Below, piece after piece: positions 50,008-59,963 of a DNA stretch of 64,000 nt (positions are counted from its first letter, which is position 1; each line of letters starts with the position of its first letter). The notes beneath the pieces were generated by a model, which was not told where the DNA came from, made no database searches, and saw nothing but the letters and a program-made list of their open reading frames with translations. Origin of the DNA: Bacteroidales bacterium. Its GTDB lineage: Bacteria; Bacteroidota; Bacteroidia; Bacteroidales; DTU049. The stretch covers positions 8,867 to 72,866 of the forward strand of contig JAAYOU010000029.1 in NCBI GenBank assembly GCA_012520175.1, in the 5' to 3' direction. Both the position numbers and the translations under genes were made by a program.

Positions 50008-51129
50008 CTATCTTGTTTTAATAAGTTCAATAACTCTATCTATATCCTCTGCTTGTAATTCATGATACATAGGCAAGCAAATCACACTATTAGCCAACTT
50101 ATGTGCATTTGGCAGGTTAGATTTTTTTGCCGAAGGCAAACCCTTATAAGTAGGAAACTCACTAATCAATGGATAAAAGTATCTTCTACCAAATATATTT
50201 TTTTCTTGAAGTTTAAAGTAAAGTTCATCTCGAGTCATACCATAAGCAATTTCATCTACAAATATTGGAAAATAGGAATAGTTGTGTTTAACACCTGGTA
50301 TATCTTCCATAAATGAAATTCCTTCTACACTTTTTAATTCTTTACGATATTTTTCAGCTACTTGTTGACGTTGCGAAATTGCTTTGTTGACATGCTTTAA
50401 TTGTAATAAACCGTAAGCAGCACGCACTTCGTCTATTTTTCCATTTATACCGGGAGCAATAACTGTTGTCTCGCCAGCAAATCCAAAGTTTTTTAAGTAA
50501 TCAATTCGTTTTTTTGTCTCTGCATCGCGACAAACAAGGGCTCCACCCTCTATTGTATTATAAGTTTTTGTGGCATGGAAACTAAGAGTTGCCATATCAC
50601 CAGCTTCTAAAATTGATTTTCCATTTATTTCTACACCAAAAGCATGTGCAGCATCATAAATTACTTTTAGTCCATAAATGTCTGCAATTTCCTTAATACG
50701 CTCTATATTGCATGGATTACCATAGACATGCACAGGCATGATAGCAGTAGTTTTTGGTGTTATTGCAGCTTCTATCTTTTCGGGGTCAAGGTTTCCAGTT
50801 TTTAAGTCAACATCTACAAACACAGGTTTTATACCATTCCACCAGAGAGAATGGGTTGTTGCTACAAAGCTATATGGTGTTGTAATAACCTCGCCAGTAA
50901 TACGCAATGCTTGCAGAGCTACCATAATAGGTAGTGTACCATTAGTAAAAAGGCTTATATATTTAACTCCTAAATATTCCTGTAATTCTTCTTCTAATTT
51001 TTTATGAAACTGTCCAACATTTGTAATATGCTTGCTATTCCATATTTCTTTTAAATATACAACAAAATCTTCGAGAGGAGGAAGAAGTGGAGAAGTAACT
51101 GTAAGTTTTTTATTGTCTTTTTTATTCAT
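50008..51129 (-). CDS. DegT/DnrJ/EryC1/StrS family aminotransferase
   Basis: Start reannotated to MNKKDNKKL; TLSFHATKTYNTIEGGALVCRD (PLP Lys), EVITTPYSFVATTHSLWWNGIKPVFVDVD. Confidence 0.93.
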   Translation of the reverse strand: MNKKDNKKLTVTSPLLPPLEDFVVYLKEIWNSKHITNVGQFHKKLEEELQEYLGVKYISLFTNGTLPIMVALQALRITGEVITTPYSFVATTHSLWWNGIKPVFVDVDLKTGNLDPEKIEAAITPKTTAIMPVHVYGNPCNIERIKEIADIYGLKVIYDAAHAFGVEINGKSILEAGDMATLSFHATKTYNTIEGGALVCRDAETKKRIDYLKNFGFAGETTVIAPGINGKIDEVRAAYGLLQLKHVNKAISQRQQVAEKYRKELKSVEGISFMEDIPGVKHNYSYFPIFVDEIAYGMTRDELYFKLQEKNIFGRRYFYPLISEFPTYKGLPSAKKSNLPNAHKLANSVICLPMYHELQAEDIDRVIELIKTR

Positions 51130-51185
51130 AATATCAGACGATAAAATTATTTGCCAAAAATAACATCTTTTTGCAAAGATAGGTT

Positions 51186-51282
51186 TAATGTTCAAAAATA
51201 ATGATAAAATCTTCTGTAATCAAGTACAAATAATATTTTCAATGTGTTTTTAATGGTAAAATATCATTACTTTTGAACATTA
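51186..51282. repeat. 21-bp imperfect inverted repeat flanking a 55-bp AT-rich spacer in a divergent intergenic region
   Basis: TAATGTTCAAAAATAATGATA (51186-51206) versus TATCATTACTTTTGAACATTA (51262-51282), 20/21 complementary. Confidence 0.8.
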
Positions 51283-51360
51283 CCCTCAAAGATATAAAAT
51301 ATATTTTTAAAATTTGATTCTTTTGTACACACCGTCCTTTTTAAAAAATTAAACAAAATT

Positions 51361-51393
51361 TTTGGTTGCGTTAGAGATTAAATATTATTTTTG
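51361..51393 (+). promoter_or_regulatory. Candidate Bacteroidota promoter (-33 TTTG, -7 TAnnTTTG) for flippase
   Basis: TTTG 51361-51364, N21, TATTTTTG 51386-51393; ATG at 51412. Confidence 0.4.
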
Positions 51394-51411
51394 TGTTGCT
51401 AATTGATAAGT

Positions 51412-52884
51412 ATGGGTACATCCGTAAAAGATTCTTTTTTTAAAGGAATATTTTGGAATGCGACAGGAAAAATTAGCCATCAAGGAATATCTTTTGTCGT
51501 ATCCATTATTCTTTCTCGAATACTTGTTCCCGCAGAATTTGGAATGATAGCAATGCTAACAATTTTTACTGAAATTGCGAAGTGCTTTATAGATTCAGGT
51601 CTCGGAGCTGCTCTTATTCAAAAAAAAGACTGTACCTCCAAAGATTTTTCTACTGTTTTTTACTTTAATATTACTGTAAGTTTTATTTTCTACCTTATAC
51701 TTTTTTTTACAGCTCCTTTCATTGCAAAATTTTATGAGCTACCTGAACTCACAAACATAACTCGTCTTATTGCTCTTGTCTTTTTGATAAACTCATTTGG
51801 AACTATTCAGTCAACAATACTTTCAAAAAGTCTTAATTTTAAAAGTCTTAACATCGTGGCTGTTATTGCAGTAACAGTATCGGCAATAGTTGCTATAATC
51901 ATGTCGTTAAACGGTTTTGGTGTTTATTCAATAGTTGGTCAACACATATCTTATGCTCTTGTATCAAATTTATTATATTGGATTTTATCAGATTGGCGAC
52001 CCAGTTTTGTATTTTCAAAAAAATCATTCCGCGAACTTTTTGGTTTTGGATATAAACTTTTATTTTCAGCAATACTTAACCAAATATTTACACACCTTGA
52101 CAGCTTGCTGATTGGTAAAATATTTTCAGCAAAATCTCTGGGGCTTTATACAAGAGCAAAAACAACAAAAGATTTACCCATAAACAGCACAACAGGAATT
52201 GTACAATCCATACTTCTTCCTATTTTTTCAAAAATCAATAACGATGAACAACTTGCAGCTGTTGGATTAAAAATATATCGTATGTTTTTCTACATTATTT
52301 CCCCATTAATGGTTGGATTAATTATTACCGCCGAACCATTTATTATTACTCTTTTTTCTGACAAATGGCTCCCTTCTGCTCCTTGGATGCAAATAATTTG
52401 TATATCAGGAATTACATACCCACTGTCAGTTACATTATGTCATCTTATATTAGCAAAAGGGAAATCAGGTACTTTTTTAAAATTAGAAATAATAAAAAAA
52501 ACACTCACTTTATTAGCAATGATAATAGGATTATATTTTGGAATTAACGAGTTTCTTTGGTGTACTGTAATAGCCTCATATATAGGACTATATCTTAACT
52601 TAATTTATGCAGCAAACGCATTAAAAACAATAAAAAAGACTAAGTTTATAACCGCATTATTACCAGCTTTAGCAATATCTATCATAATGGGAATTTGTGT
52701 TTTTGGCATTAATTATCTTCAAATTGGCACACCTTGGATTAAATTAATTGTTATGACTTTTATTGGAATGTTAATATATGTCTTATTATCAAAGCTTTTC
52801 AATTTATGGGAGTATGGGTATATTAAGCAATTTATTATTGATAAGTTTAAGGAATATAAAGAATATAAAGCAAAAAAAATATAA
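51412..52884 (+). CDS. Lipopolysaccharide/oligosaccharide flippase (Wzx/MurJ-like superfamily)
   Basis: About 490 aa; multi-TM; GIFWNATGKISHQGISFVVSIILSRILVPAEFGMIAM; DSLLIGKIFSAKSLGLYTRA. Confidence 0.92.
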   Translation: MGTSVKDSFFKGIFWNATGKISHQGISFVVSIILSRILVPAEFGMIAMLTIFTEIAKCFIDSGLGAALIQKKDCTSKDFSTVFYFNITVSFIFYLILFFTAPFIAKFYELPELTNITRLIALVFLINSFGTIQSTILSKSLNFKSLNIVAVIAVTVSAIVAIIMSLNGFGVYSIVGQHISYALVSNLLYWILSDWRPSFVFSKKSFRELFGFGYKLLFSAILNQIFTHLDSLLIGKIFSAKSLGLYTRAKTTKDLPINSTTGIVQSILLPIFSKINNDEQLAAVGLKIYRMFFYIISPLMVGLIITAEPFIITLFSDKWLPSAPWMQIICISGITYPLSVTLCHLILAKGKSGTFLKLEIIKKTLTLLAMIIGLYFGINEFLWCTVIASYIGLYLNLIYAANALKTIKKTKFITALLPALAISIIMGICVFGINYLQIGTPWIKLIVMTFIGMLIYVLLSKLFNLWEYGYIKQFIIDKFKEYKEYKAKKI

Positions 52885-52978
52885 ATATTTAAAATAAACT
52901 TTTACAATAAACGCTAAAACAAAAACACTCTTTTTAATAATTTATTTATATTTGTCAATATTTTTGATTAAATTCAAA

Positions 52979-55900
52979 ATGAAAAAATTATTTACTATAA
53001 TTCTCATAATATTATCAATAATAGATACTGTAAACTCACAGTCACTTCCGCAAGAAAATCTTCAACTCTGGTTACGAGCCGATTCTGTAGAAATTATTGA
53101 TGGAAAAGTTGCTCGTTGGTATGACCTTAGTTCAAATGAACATGTTATACAACAAACAAATCCTGAATATAGACCGATACAAATTATAAGCGAACTTAAT
53201 TCTCAACCAAGCATTTATTTTAATGGCACAAATAATTATTTTGATGGTGGAAATATCTTAAATATTGGATATGCTTCTCAAACTATGTTTGTAATTGCAA
53301 AATCTGAAAAAAACAGAGGTTCTATTTTGTCAAAAACTTTAACAGGACCAGCAGCAAATCGTTATGGATTACTCTTTTCAGATAATATTTCTTTTTTCTT
53401 TTGGGACAATACAGAGCGTAGGATAGCAACTGATTTAATAATGAATAAATTTTTATATTTAAACACTATAATTGATAAACAAATTAATAAAAACTTTTTT
53501 AATGTTAATAATGATTTAATTGGAGAAAAAACAATAGTTGCAAACCACAATATGACTTCTTCGTATAATTTTCTTATAGGAGCATCTGCAAATAACACAG
53601 GCGGTTTACCACCTTATAATGCATCTTATTTTCAAGGAGAAATTTCTGAAATTTTAATTTTTGATACGGTTTTGTCCCCAGAAAATTTTAATTTGGTTGA
53701 AAATTATTTGTTCGATAAATACACAGAAAAATTAGATCTTGGCGAAGATATAAATATTGACTATGGTTTTTGTGATACAAGTTTAACTGTTAGTGATAGT
53801 TTTACAGATATACTATGGTCAACAGGAGATACTTCAAAAAGTATACAAGTTAATAAATCTGGTTATTATTCTGTTTCTGCTAAAGATATTTTTGGCAGGA
53901 CTCAATATGATACTGTTTTTGTAAAATTTCCTTCACCAAATATTTCTAATTCAAATATTTGTTTAGGAGATTCTATTTTATACTCTCCTATTTTAACAGG
54001 AACTTATTTTTATTTATGGTCTGATTTAAGTTCTGAACCTGAAAAATATTATTCAGAACAAGGAGATTACTGGCTTAGAATAGAGGATAATAAAGCTTGC
54101 GTTGACACAGTGTTTTTTTCTATAACCTTTGACTATTTTAAAGACAGTATTGATTTGGGTTCAGACACCTCTCTATGTGCAGGAAACACTTTAAAACTCA
54201 AAAAAGGAGAAAACTTATGCTCAAGTTTTTTATGGTCGCCATCGGGCAATACTAATTCTTCAGAAATAGTAAATGAAACTGGTTGGTATAAATTAGAAGT
54301 TTATAATGAAAACTCTTGTTATGCTAGAGATTCTATTTTTGTAAATATTATAGGAACAGCTCCGTCTATTAATTATTCTGTAGAGAATCTTTGCTTTGGC
54401 GATACTACAGTTTTTTATGATAATTCTTCGCCTTCACCCGATATCTTGAGTTGGAAGTGGATAATAAATGAAAATGATACTATTTTTTCGCAAAATGCAG
54501 AATATGTCTTTTCCGATATTGGTCAACAAAATATTCAGTTGTTTATAAAAACATCAGGGTGTGATAATAATTTAGATTTTAGCGTAAACATAAAACCTAA
54601 AGCTCAGATAAGTTTCACAGCATTACCTTCTTGCTCTGGCATAGAAAATCAATTTATATCTTCTGTAAATATTCCAAGTTTTACAAATGTTTCTTCTTAT
54701 TCATGGCAAATGAATAATATTAAAATTGGCACAGAAGTAAATCTTTCTTATTTATTTCCTTCGGTCGGAGATTATAATTTGAATTTTGAGCTTGTTCTTG
54801 ATAATGGCTGTGTCTCAAGTTATGATTCTATAATAAATGTACAGAATTCTTATCCTTTGCCAGAATATTTTTCTGCAATATTTCCTAAAAATAATTATTT
54901 ACTAAGCTCTGACTCACAAAAAATTGATTTTACATGGAATTTTCCTCCAGATGCAAAGTTTTTTAAACTTCAGTTTTCTGATACTCAAAATTTTTCTAAT
55001 ATACTTTATGAAACTGAAAATATTTTTAATAATACATATTCTTACGACTTAAGTTTATTGCCAATAGACTCAATATTTTGGCGTATTCAGGCTTATAATT
55101 TTTGTGAAGATTTTGCAACTTCAAATACTTATTTAATTTATAAATTTTCTCCTACAAATTTATCAAATCTTGCTTTATGGCTCAGAGCCGACTCGGTAGA
55201 AATTATTGACGGAAAAGTTGTACGTTGGTATGACCTTAGTTCAAATGAACATATTATACAACAAACAAATCCTGAATATAGACCGATAAAAATTATAAGC
55301 GAACTTAATTCTCAACCATCAGTTTATTTTAACGGTACAAATAATTATTTTGATGGTGGAAATATCTTAAATATTGGATATGCTTCTCAAACTATGTTTG
55401 TAATTGCAAAATCTGAAAAAAATAGAGGTTCTATTTTGTCAAAAACTTTAACAGGACCAACAGCAAATCGTTATGGATTACTCTTTTCAGATAATATTTC
55501 TTTTTTCTTTTGGGACAATACAGAACGTAGGATAGCAACTGATTTAATAATGAATAAATTTTTATATTTAAACACTATAGTTGATAAACAAATTAATAAA
55601 ATCTTTTTCAATGTTAATAATGATTATATTGGGGAAAAAATAATAGCTGCAAACTACGATATGACTTCTACATATAATTTTCTTATTGGCGCATCGGCAA
55701 ATAACACAGGTGGTTTACCACCTTATAATACATCATATTTTCAAGGAGAAATTTCTGAAATTTTAATTTTTGATACAGTTTTGTCTTCAAAAGATTTTAC
55801 TTTAGTTGAAAATTACTTATTGAGTAAATATATTCCGCCCGTCAATTTAGGTGCTGATATAAATATTCCATACGGATTATGTCCGCAGACCTTAAAAACT

Positions 55901-58288
55901 AAAAACAGCTATACTTCGTATCTTTGGTCAACTGGAGAAACAACTGATTCTATAACTGTAAACAAATCTGGCGAATATTGGATAAAAACTGTTGATATTT
56001 TTGGTAAAACATCTTATGATACTATAAATGTTAAATACCAATATAAACCTATACCAGACACCTTTCTCTGTATTGATGATACAATAAATATTCCCTCAGG
56101 ACTTGATAATACATATTCTTTTTTATGGAGTAATGGTGATACAAATAATGTTGCTACAGTTTTCACTCCCGGAAAATGGTGGGTTGATATTACAGACAAA
56201 AGCTCTAATCTTTGTTCAATCAGAGATTCTTTTGTTGTAGCTATAGACTCCTTCCCTGCAAAAGCAACGTTAGGACAAGATACTTCTTTATGTTCAGGAA
56301 ATAGTATTTCTTTAGTTTCAGGAGTTGAACCAGATATTAATTATTTGTGGAGTACAGGCAGCACAGAAAATTCAGCTATTGTATCCTCTGCAGGGAACTA
56401 TTGGGTATCTGCTACGAACAAAAACAATTGTGTTTTAAAAGACACCATTAATGTGTCCATAAAAGGTATTAAACCAACCGTCGCTTTTACAGCAACAACA
56501 TCGTGCCAAAATGAGCAAACATTATTTACAGACATGTCTTTTACACAACTACCTGACAATATTGCAACATGGCAATGGGATTTTGATAATCAGGGCTTTT
56601 CTGTTTTACAAAACCCTAGTTTTAAATTTAATTCTCATGGCGATTATAATGTAAAGCTGGTTGTTTCAAGTGTTAATGGCTGCATTGGCGACACCACAAT
56701 AACTGTCCATGTTCGTTCTTTACCAGAGGTGGATTTTTCACCAATTAACGGATGTAATAACAAAAGTATTGAATTTAAGGATCAGTCTAAAATTGGCGAG
56801 GGTCCTTTGTTTTCATGGCAATGGAGCTTTGGTGACGGGCAAACCTCAAATACTCAAAACCCTACATATACTTATTTAGACACAGGTTTATATACAATAA
56901 AACTAATAGCTCAAGATATTTTTGGCTGTAAAGACTCTCTAGAAAAAAACATAAAAATCAAGCTCAGTCCAAAGACAACATTTGAATTTAAAAATGGCTG
57001 CATTGAACAGCCTATAAACTTTTATGAAACAACCTGCATGCCTGTATGGGCAAAAATAATAAATAGAAAATGGGAGTTTGGTGATGGATCATATTCTTGG
57101 TCAAAAAACCCAACCCATATTTACAATTCCTCTGGCGAATATACTGTAACTCTAAAAAATTACTCCATTAATGGGTGCATGGATTCTATAAGTAAAAATA
57201 TTATAATTCAAAAAACACCAACAGCTAACTTTAGCACAGGCAATACTTGTGAAGGACAATATGTGCAATTTGAAGACCAAAGTTTTGTAGAAAATGGAAG
57301 CATTGTTAAATGGCTTTGGGATTTTGGAAATAAACATACAGACTCTATTTCAAATCCAAAGATAATTTATCCAGACACAGGAACATACAATGTTAAACTT
57401 TCTGTTTTTTCTGAATTTGAATGCAAAAAAACTATTTCAAAAGATATAACTATTCACCCCATTACACCAAACGACTTTTCTTTTACCCCTGAATATGGTA
57501 TTCACCCTCTAAGTGTACAGTTTACAAACCTTAGCGAAGGAAACTTAACTCATCAATGGTTTTTTGGAGACGGAACATCATCTACAGAAACCAATCCATC
57601 TCACACATTCATAAACGAAAACATTTACGATGTATTATTAGTAAGCAAAAACGAGTTTAATTGCGTTGATTCTGCTTTTGGAATAGTTTTTGTTATTCCA
57701 TCTAAACTTGACTTAGTACTGGCAAAAATGAATGTTAAAGATAGCCTCAACAGCATATATATAGATGCTCTTTTTTTCAACAATGGCACACGAAATATTC
57801 GCCAAATAGCTCTTGATGCCAAAATAAACAACGGTTTGCCATTAAGAGAAGTTTGGAATGGGCTTATAAAGCCTGGAGAATATGGCTATTATAAGTTTGT
57901 TTCATCATTTCCAAAAGTGAATGAGAGTTCTATTCGCATGATTTGCTTGACAATTTCCGCTTTAGATGCAATTGGGCAAGAAGATATTGACCTTCAAAAT
58001 AATTCCGCTTGCTACACTCTTTCAGATGATTTCTTTGCAGAACAAGTTATGCCAAATCCTGCAAAAGAAAGCATTTATACTGATATTGCTTTACCAATTT
58101 CAGGAAATATTATTGCTTCAATAATAAGCCTAGAAGGAAAAGAAATTTGGAAAGAAAGCATAGATTCAGAAGCTGGTATTTTGCGTTTAAAAATAGATAT
58201 TTCTTCTTTTACTGATGGAATATACGTATTAAAAATACAATATAAAGACAAAGCTGAATTCTTTAAATTTGTTAAAGTTTCCCATTAA
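52979..58288 (+). CDS. Giant secreted adhesin-like protein: two LamG/ConA-like domains, Ig-like and PKD domains, T9SS sorting domain
   Basis: About 1769 aa from MKKLFTIIL; two LQLWLRADSVEIIDGK... modules; PKD motifs WQWSFGDGQTSNTQNPTYTY; C-term EQVMPNPAKESIYTDIALPISGNIIASIISLEGKEIW...FTDGIYVLKIQYKDKAEFFKFVKV. Confidence 0.9.
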   Translation: MKKLFTIILIILSIIDTVNSQSLPQENLQLWLRADSVEIIDGKVARWYDLSSNEHVIQQTNPEYRPIQIISELNSQPSIYFNGTNNYFDGGNILNIGYASQTMFVIAKSEKNRGSILSKTLTGPAANRYGLLFSDNISFFFWDNTERRIATDLIMNKFLYLNTIIDKQINKNFFNVNNDLIGEKTIVANHNMTSSYNFLIGASANNTGGLPPYNASYFQGEISEILIFDTVLSPENFNLVENYLFDKYTEKLDLGEDINIDYGFCDTSLTVSDSFTDILWSTGDTSKSIQVNKSGYYSVSAKDIFGRTQYDTVFVKFPSPNISNSNICLGDSILYSPILTGTYFYLWSDLSSEPEKYYSEQGDYWLRIEDNKACVDTVFFSITFDYFKDSIDLGSDTSLCAGNTLKLKKGENLCSSFLWSPSGNTNSSEIVNETGWYKLEVYNENSCYARDSIFVNIIGTAPSINYSVENLCFGDTTVFYDNSSPSPDILSWKWIINENDTIFSQNAEYVFSDIGQQNIQLFIKTSGCDNNLDFSVNIKPKAQISFTALPSCSGIENQFISSVNIPSFTNVSSYSWQMNNIKIGTEVNLSYLFPSVGDYNLNFELVLDNGCVSSYDSIINVQNSYPLPEYFSAIFPKNNYLLSSDSQKIDFTWNFPPDAKFFKLQFSDTQNFSNILYETENIFNNTYSYDLSLLPIDSIFWRIQAYNFCEDFATSNTYLIYKFSPTNLSNLALWLRADSVEIIDGKVVRWYDLSSNEHIIQQTNPEYRPIKIISELNSQPSVYFNGTNNYFDGGNILNIGYASQTMFVIAKSEKNRGSILSKTLTGPTANRYGLLFSDNISFFFWDNTERRIATDLIMNKFLYLNTIVDKQINKIFFNVNNDYIGEKIIAANYDMTSTYNFLIGASANNTGGLPPYNTSYFQGEISEILIFDTVLSSKDFTLVENYLLSKYIPPVNLGADINIPYGLCPQTLKTKNSYTSYLWSTGETTDSITVNKSGEYWIKTVDIFGKTSYDTINVKYQYKPIPDTFLCIDDTINIPSGLDNTYSFLWSNGDTNNVATVFTPGKWWVDITDKSSNLCSIRDSFVVAIDSFPAKATLGQDTSLCSGNSISLVSGVEPDINYLWSTGSTENSAIVSSAGNYWVSATNKNNCVLKDTINVSIKGIKPTVAFTATTSCQNEQTLFTDMSFTQLPDNIATWQWDFDNQGFSVLQNPSFKFNSHGDYNVKLVVSSVNGCIGDTTITVHVRSLPEVDFSPINGCNNKSIEFKDQSKIGEGPLFSWQWSFGDGQTSNTQNPTYTYLDTGLYTIKLIAQDIFGCKDSLEKNIKIKLSPKTTFEFKNGCIEQPINFYETTCMPVWAKIINRKWEFGDGSYSWSKNPTHIYNSSGEYTVTLKNYSINGCMDSISKNIIIQKTPTANFSTGNTCEGQYVQFEDQSFVENGSIVKWLWDFGNKHTDSISNPKIIYPDTGTYNVKLSVFSEFECKKTISKDITIHPITPNDFSFTPEYGIHPLSVQFTNLSEGNLTHQWFFGDGTSSTETNPSHTFINENIYDVLLVSKNEFNCVDSAFGIVFVIPSKLDLVLAKMNVKDSLNSIYIDALFFNNGTRNIRQIALDAKINNGLPLREVWNGLIKPGEYGYYKFVSSFPKVNESSIRMICLTISALDAIGQEDIDLQNNSACYTLSDDFFAEQVMPNPAKESIYTDIALPISGNIIASIISLEGKEIWKESIDSEAGILRLKIDISSFTDGIYVLKIQYKDKAEFFKFVKVSH
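53060..53727 (+). repeat. LamG/ConA-like module, copy 1
   Basis: Near-identical to the segment 2109 bp (703 codons) downstream. Confidence 0.85.
55169..55836 (+). repeat. LamG/ConA-like module, copy 2
   Basis: Near-identical to 53060-53727 at both protein and nucleotide level. Confidence 0.85.
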
Positions 58289-58316
58289 TAAAATTAAGTC
58301 CTAAAAAACTTTTTAT

Positions 58317-58823
58317 ATGAAAAATCTAAAAAAAGCACCAAAAATTTCTTTTCCTGTAATCATTTTGTTTTTTTTATTACCCTTTGTAACTGTTAAATGT
58401 GGCGATTATAAAATTGCAAGACTTAACGGAATAGATTTGGTTACTGGAACTCAGATTACACCTCAAAATTCAGGTGAAGATCCTGTAAAAGTTGACCCAA
58501 ATATTTTTGTAATTGCTGCACTATCATTAGCTGTTATAGGCGGAATATTAGCGTTTTTAAAATTCAAATTAAAAAACATTATTCTACTTGTTATTTGCAT
58601 TTTAGGTGTTGCAGCTCTAATTGCTTTTTATTTCAACGCTAAAGATTCTGAAGCCGGGCAAGGAACATTTGTTATAATTATCTCAATGGGAGTTGGATAT
58701 TACCTGACTTTGCTGGGATTTTTATTTAATTCTTTTGTTTTTGGCTATGAATTAGCAAATAAAGAAAACTCGGAAATTCAAAAAACTACTGATAACGCTG
58801 CTGGAAACGAAACAAATATTTAA
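58317..58823 (+). CDS. Small multi-pass membrane protein of unknown function
   Basis: 168 aa; about four hydrophobic helices. Confidence 0.5.
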   Translation: MKNLKKAPKISFPVIILFFLLPFVTVKCGDYKIARLNGIDLVTGTQITPQNSGEDPVKVDPNIFVIAALSLAVIGGILAFLKFKLKNIILLVICILGVAALIAFYFNAKDSEAGQGTFVIIISMGVGYYLTLLGFLFNSFVFGYELANKENSEIQKTTDNAAGNETNI

Positions 58824-58837
58824 ATCATTGGGGATGT

Positions 58838-59005
58838 TTATTTTTTCTTCCAATTTTTTACAATATCCATGACATAATCTTCGTCAGTAGTACCTCTAAC
58901 AGCTGAATGCCAAGCATGAATATATAATTTCTCTTTTATATCATAATAATGATTATTATATTCTGTTATTTGTTTTTCTGCATTTTCTAAACCATAAAAG
59001 TCATA
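58838..59005 (-). pseudogene. C-terminal fragment of an unidentified gene abutting the IS remnant
   Basis: Minus strand reads ...YDFYGLENAEKQITEYNNHYYDIKEKLYIHAWHSAVRGTTDEDYVMDIVKNWKKK* with no start; ends at the IS boundary. Confidence 0.5.
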
Positions 59006-59812
59006 TTAAGGTAGTGTCCAAAAAAGTGTGTAATTTTTCTTTTCTTTACTAGGGAAAACAGCCTGTATATTCCTTTTTAAATGAACAACGTAGAATTGAT
59101 GTTTGCTGTTTGGAAAGACACGTTTAACTGCATCTTCAATGCCTGCAAGAGCGTCCGATACAAATAAACCTACACTCTCAACGCCGCGTTCTTTAAGATT
59201 ACACAATTCTTCTTCCCATTGCAAAGAGCCTTCTGTGGGATGATTTACAACTGATAATACTTCTCGTGTTCCGTCTTCTTTAACACCAAGAAGTGTGTAG
59301 TAACCCTCTTTGCTGACACTATCTTCTCTACGTGTATGAACAAAGGTTGCATCAAAGAAAACAACTAAATAATGACTTTCCAAACGGCGAGATAACCATG
59401 TGTGAACATGGGCTTTGCTTGCTTTCATTAAATAGCTGATTTGTTGCTTACTGTAATCTTTGCCATATAAATCATTAAATACATCGCCGATTTGTTCGGT
59501 AGTCAAACCCTTTGAATACAAGCTAAATATCAATTTGCGACGCTCTTCATCTTCATTGCGGATTATAGCAAGAAGCGTCGGATAAAACAAACCACTGCGA
59601 GTGTGAGGAACCTTTAAAACTAGTTCTTTTGAATGTCCCATAGCTTTACAGTAACGATAACCATTACCGTATTCTTTTGGGTTTTCTCGCTGATGCAGAT
59701 CTCGTTCTGCTTTCATAAATACATCCAAGGTTAAATTTAATAACAAATGAGTTCCTCCCTCTTTTGCTAATTCAACTAAAATTTCCGAAATTTGTTCTTG
59801 TGTAAAGTTCAT
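59006..59812 (-). pseudogene. C-terminally truncated IS256/Mutator-family transposase
   Basis: 268 aa; YLVVFFDATFVHTRRE, VGLFVSDALAGIEDAVKRVFPNSKHQFYVVHLKRN; third acidic catalytic residue region absent; last residues FWTLP are encoded by the terminal inverted repeat. Confidence 0.85.
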
Positions 59813-59886
59813 TTTTGAAAAATTTTTTTGTTTAGAATTTAAATATAATCAAATTTGACTTTACACACTTCTTTAGGACAGTATCC
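59010..59886. mobile_element. Internally deleted IS256-family element (~0.88 kb)
   Basis: Left end ggtagtgtccaaaaaagtgtgtaa (59010-59033) and right end ttacacacttctttaggacagtatcc (59861-59886) form imperfect terminal inverted repeats around the truncated transposase. Confidence 0.75.
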
Positions 59887-59900
59887 TTTTTATTACATAT

Positions 59901-59941
59901 TTAGTCAGTCCTTAAAAAATGCCTTTTTTAAGGACTGACTA
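59901..59941 (-). terminator. Strong (potentially bidirectional) terminator hairpin downstream of the giant repeat gene
   Basis: Perfect 18-bp stem TTAGTCAGTCCTTAAAAA / TTTTTAAGGACTGACTAA with 5-nt loop. Confidence 0.8.
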
Positions 59942-59963
59942 AATAATAATGTAATATTAAAAC

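Noticed and set aside
51207-51261. Promoter wholly inside the putative invertible segment
   Set aside because: No clear TTTG...TAnnTTTG pair with correct spacing within the 55-bp spacer; switch hypothesis kept only as a testable idea.
36645-52884. Anti-phage defence island
   Set aside because: Gene content is glycosyltransferases, sugar-modifying enzymes and a flippase; no nuclease, helicase, reverse transcriptase or toxin/antitoxin signature.
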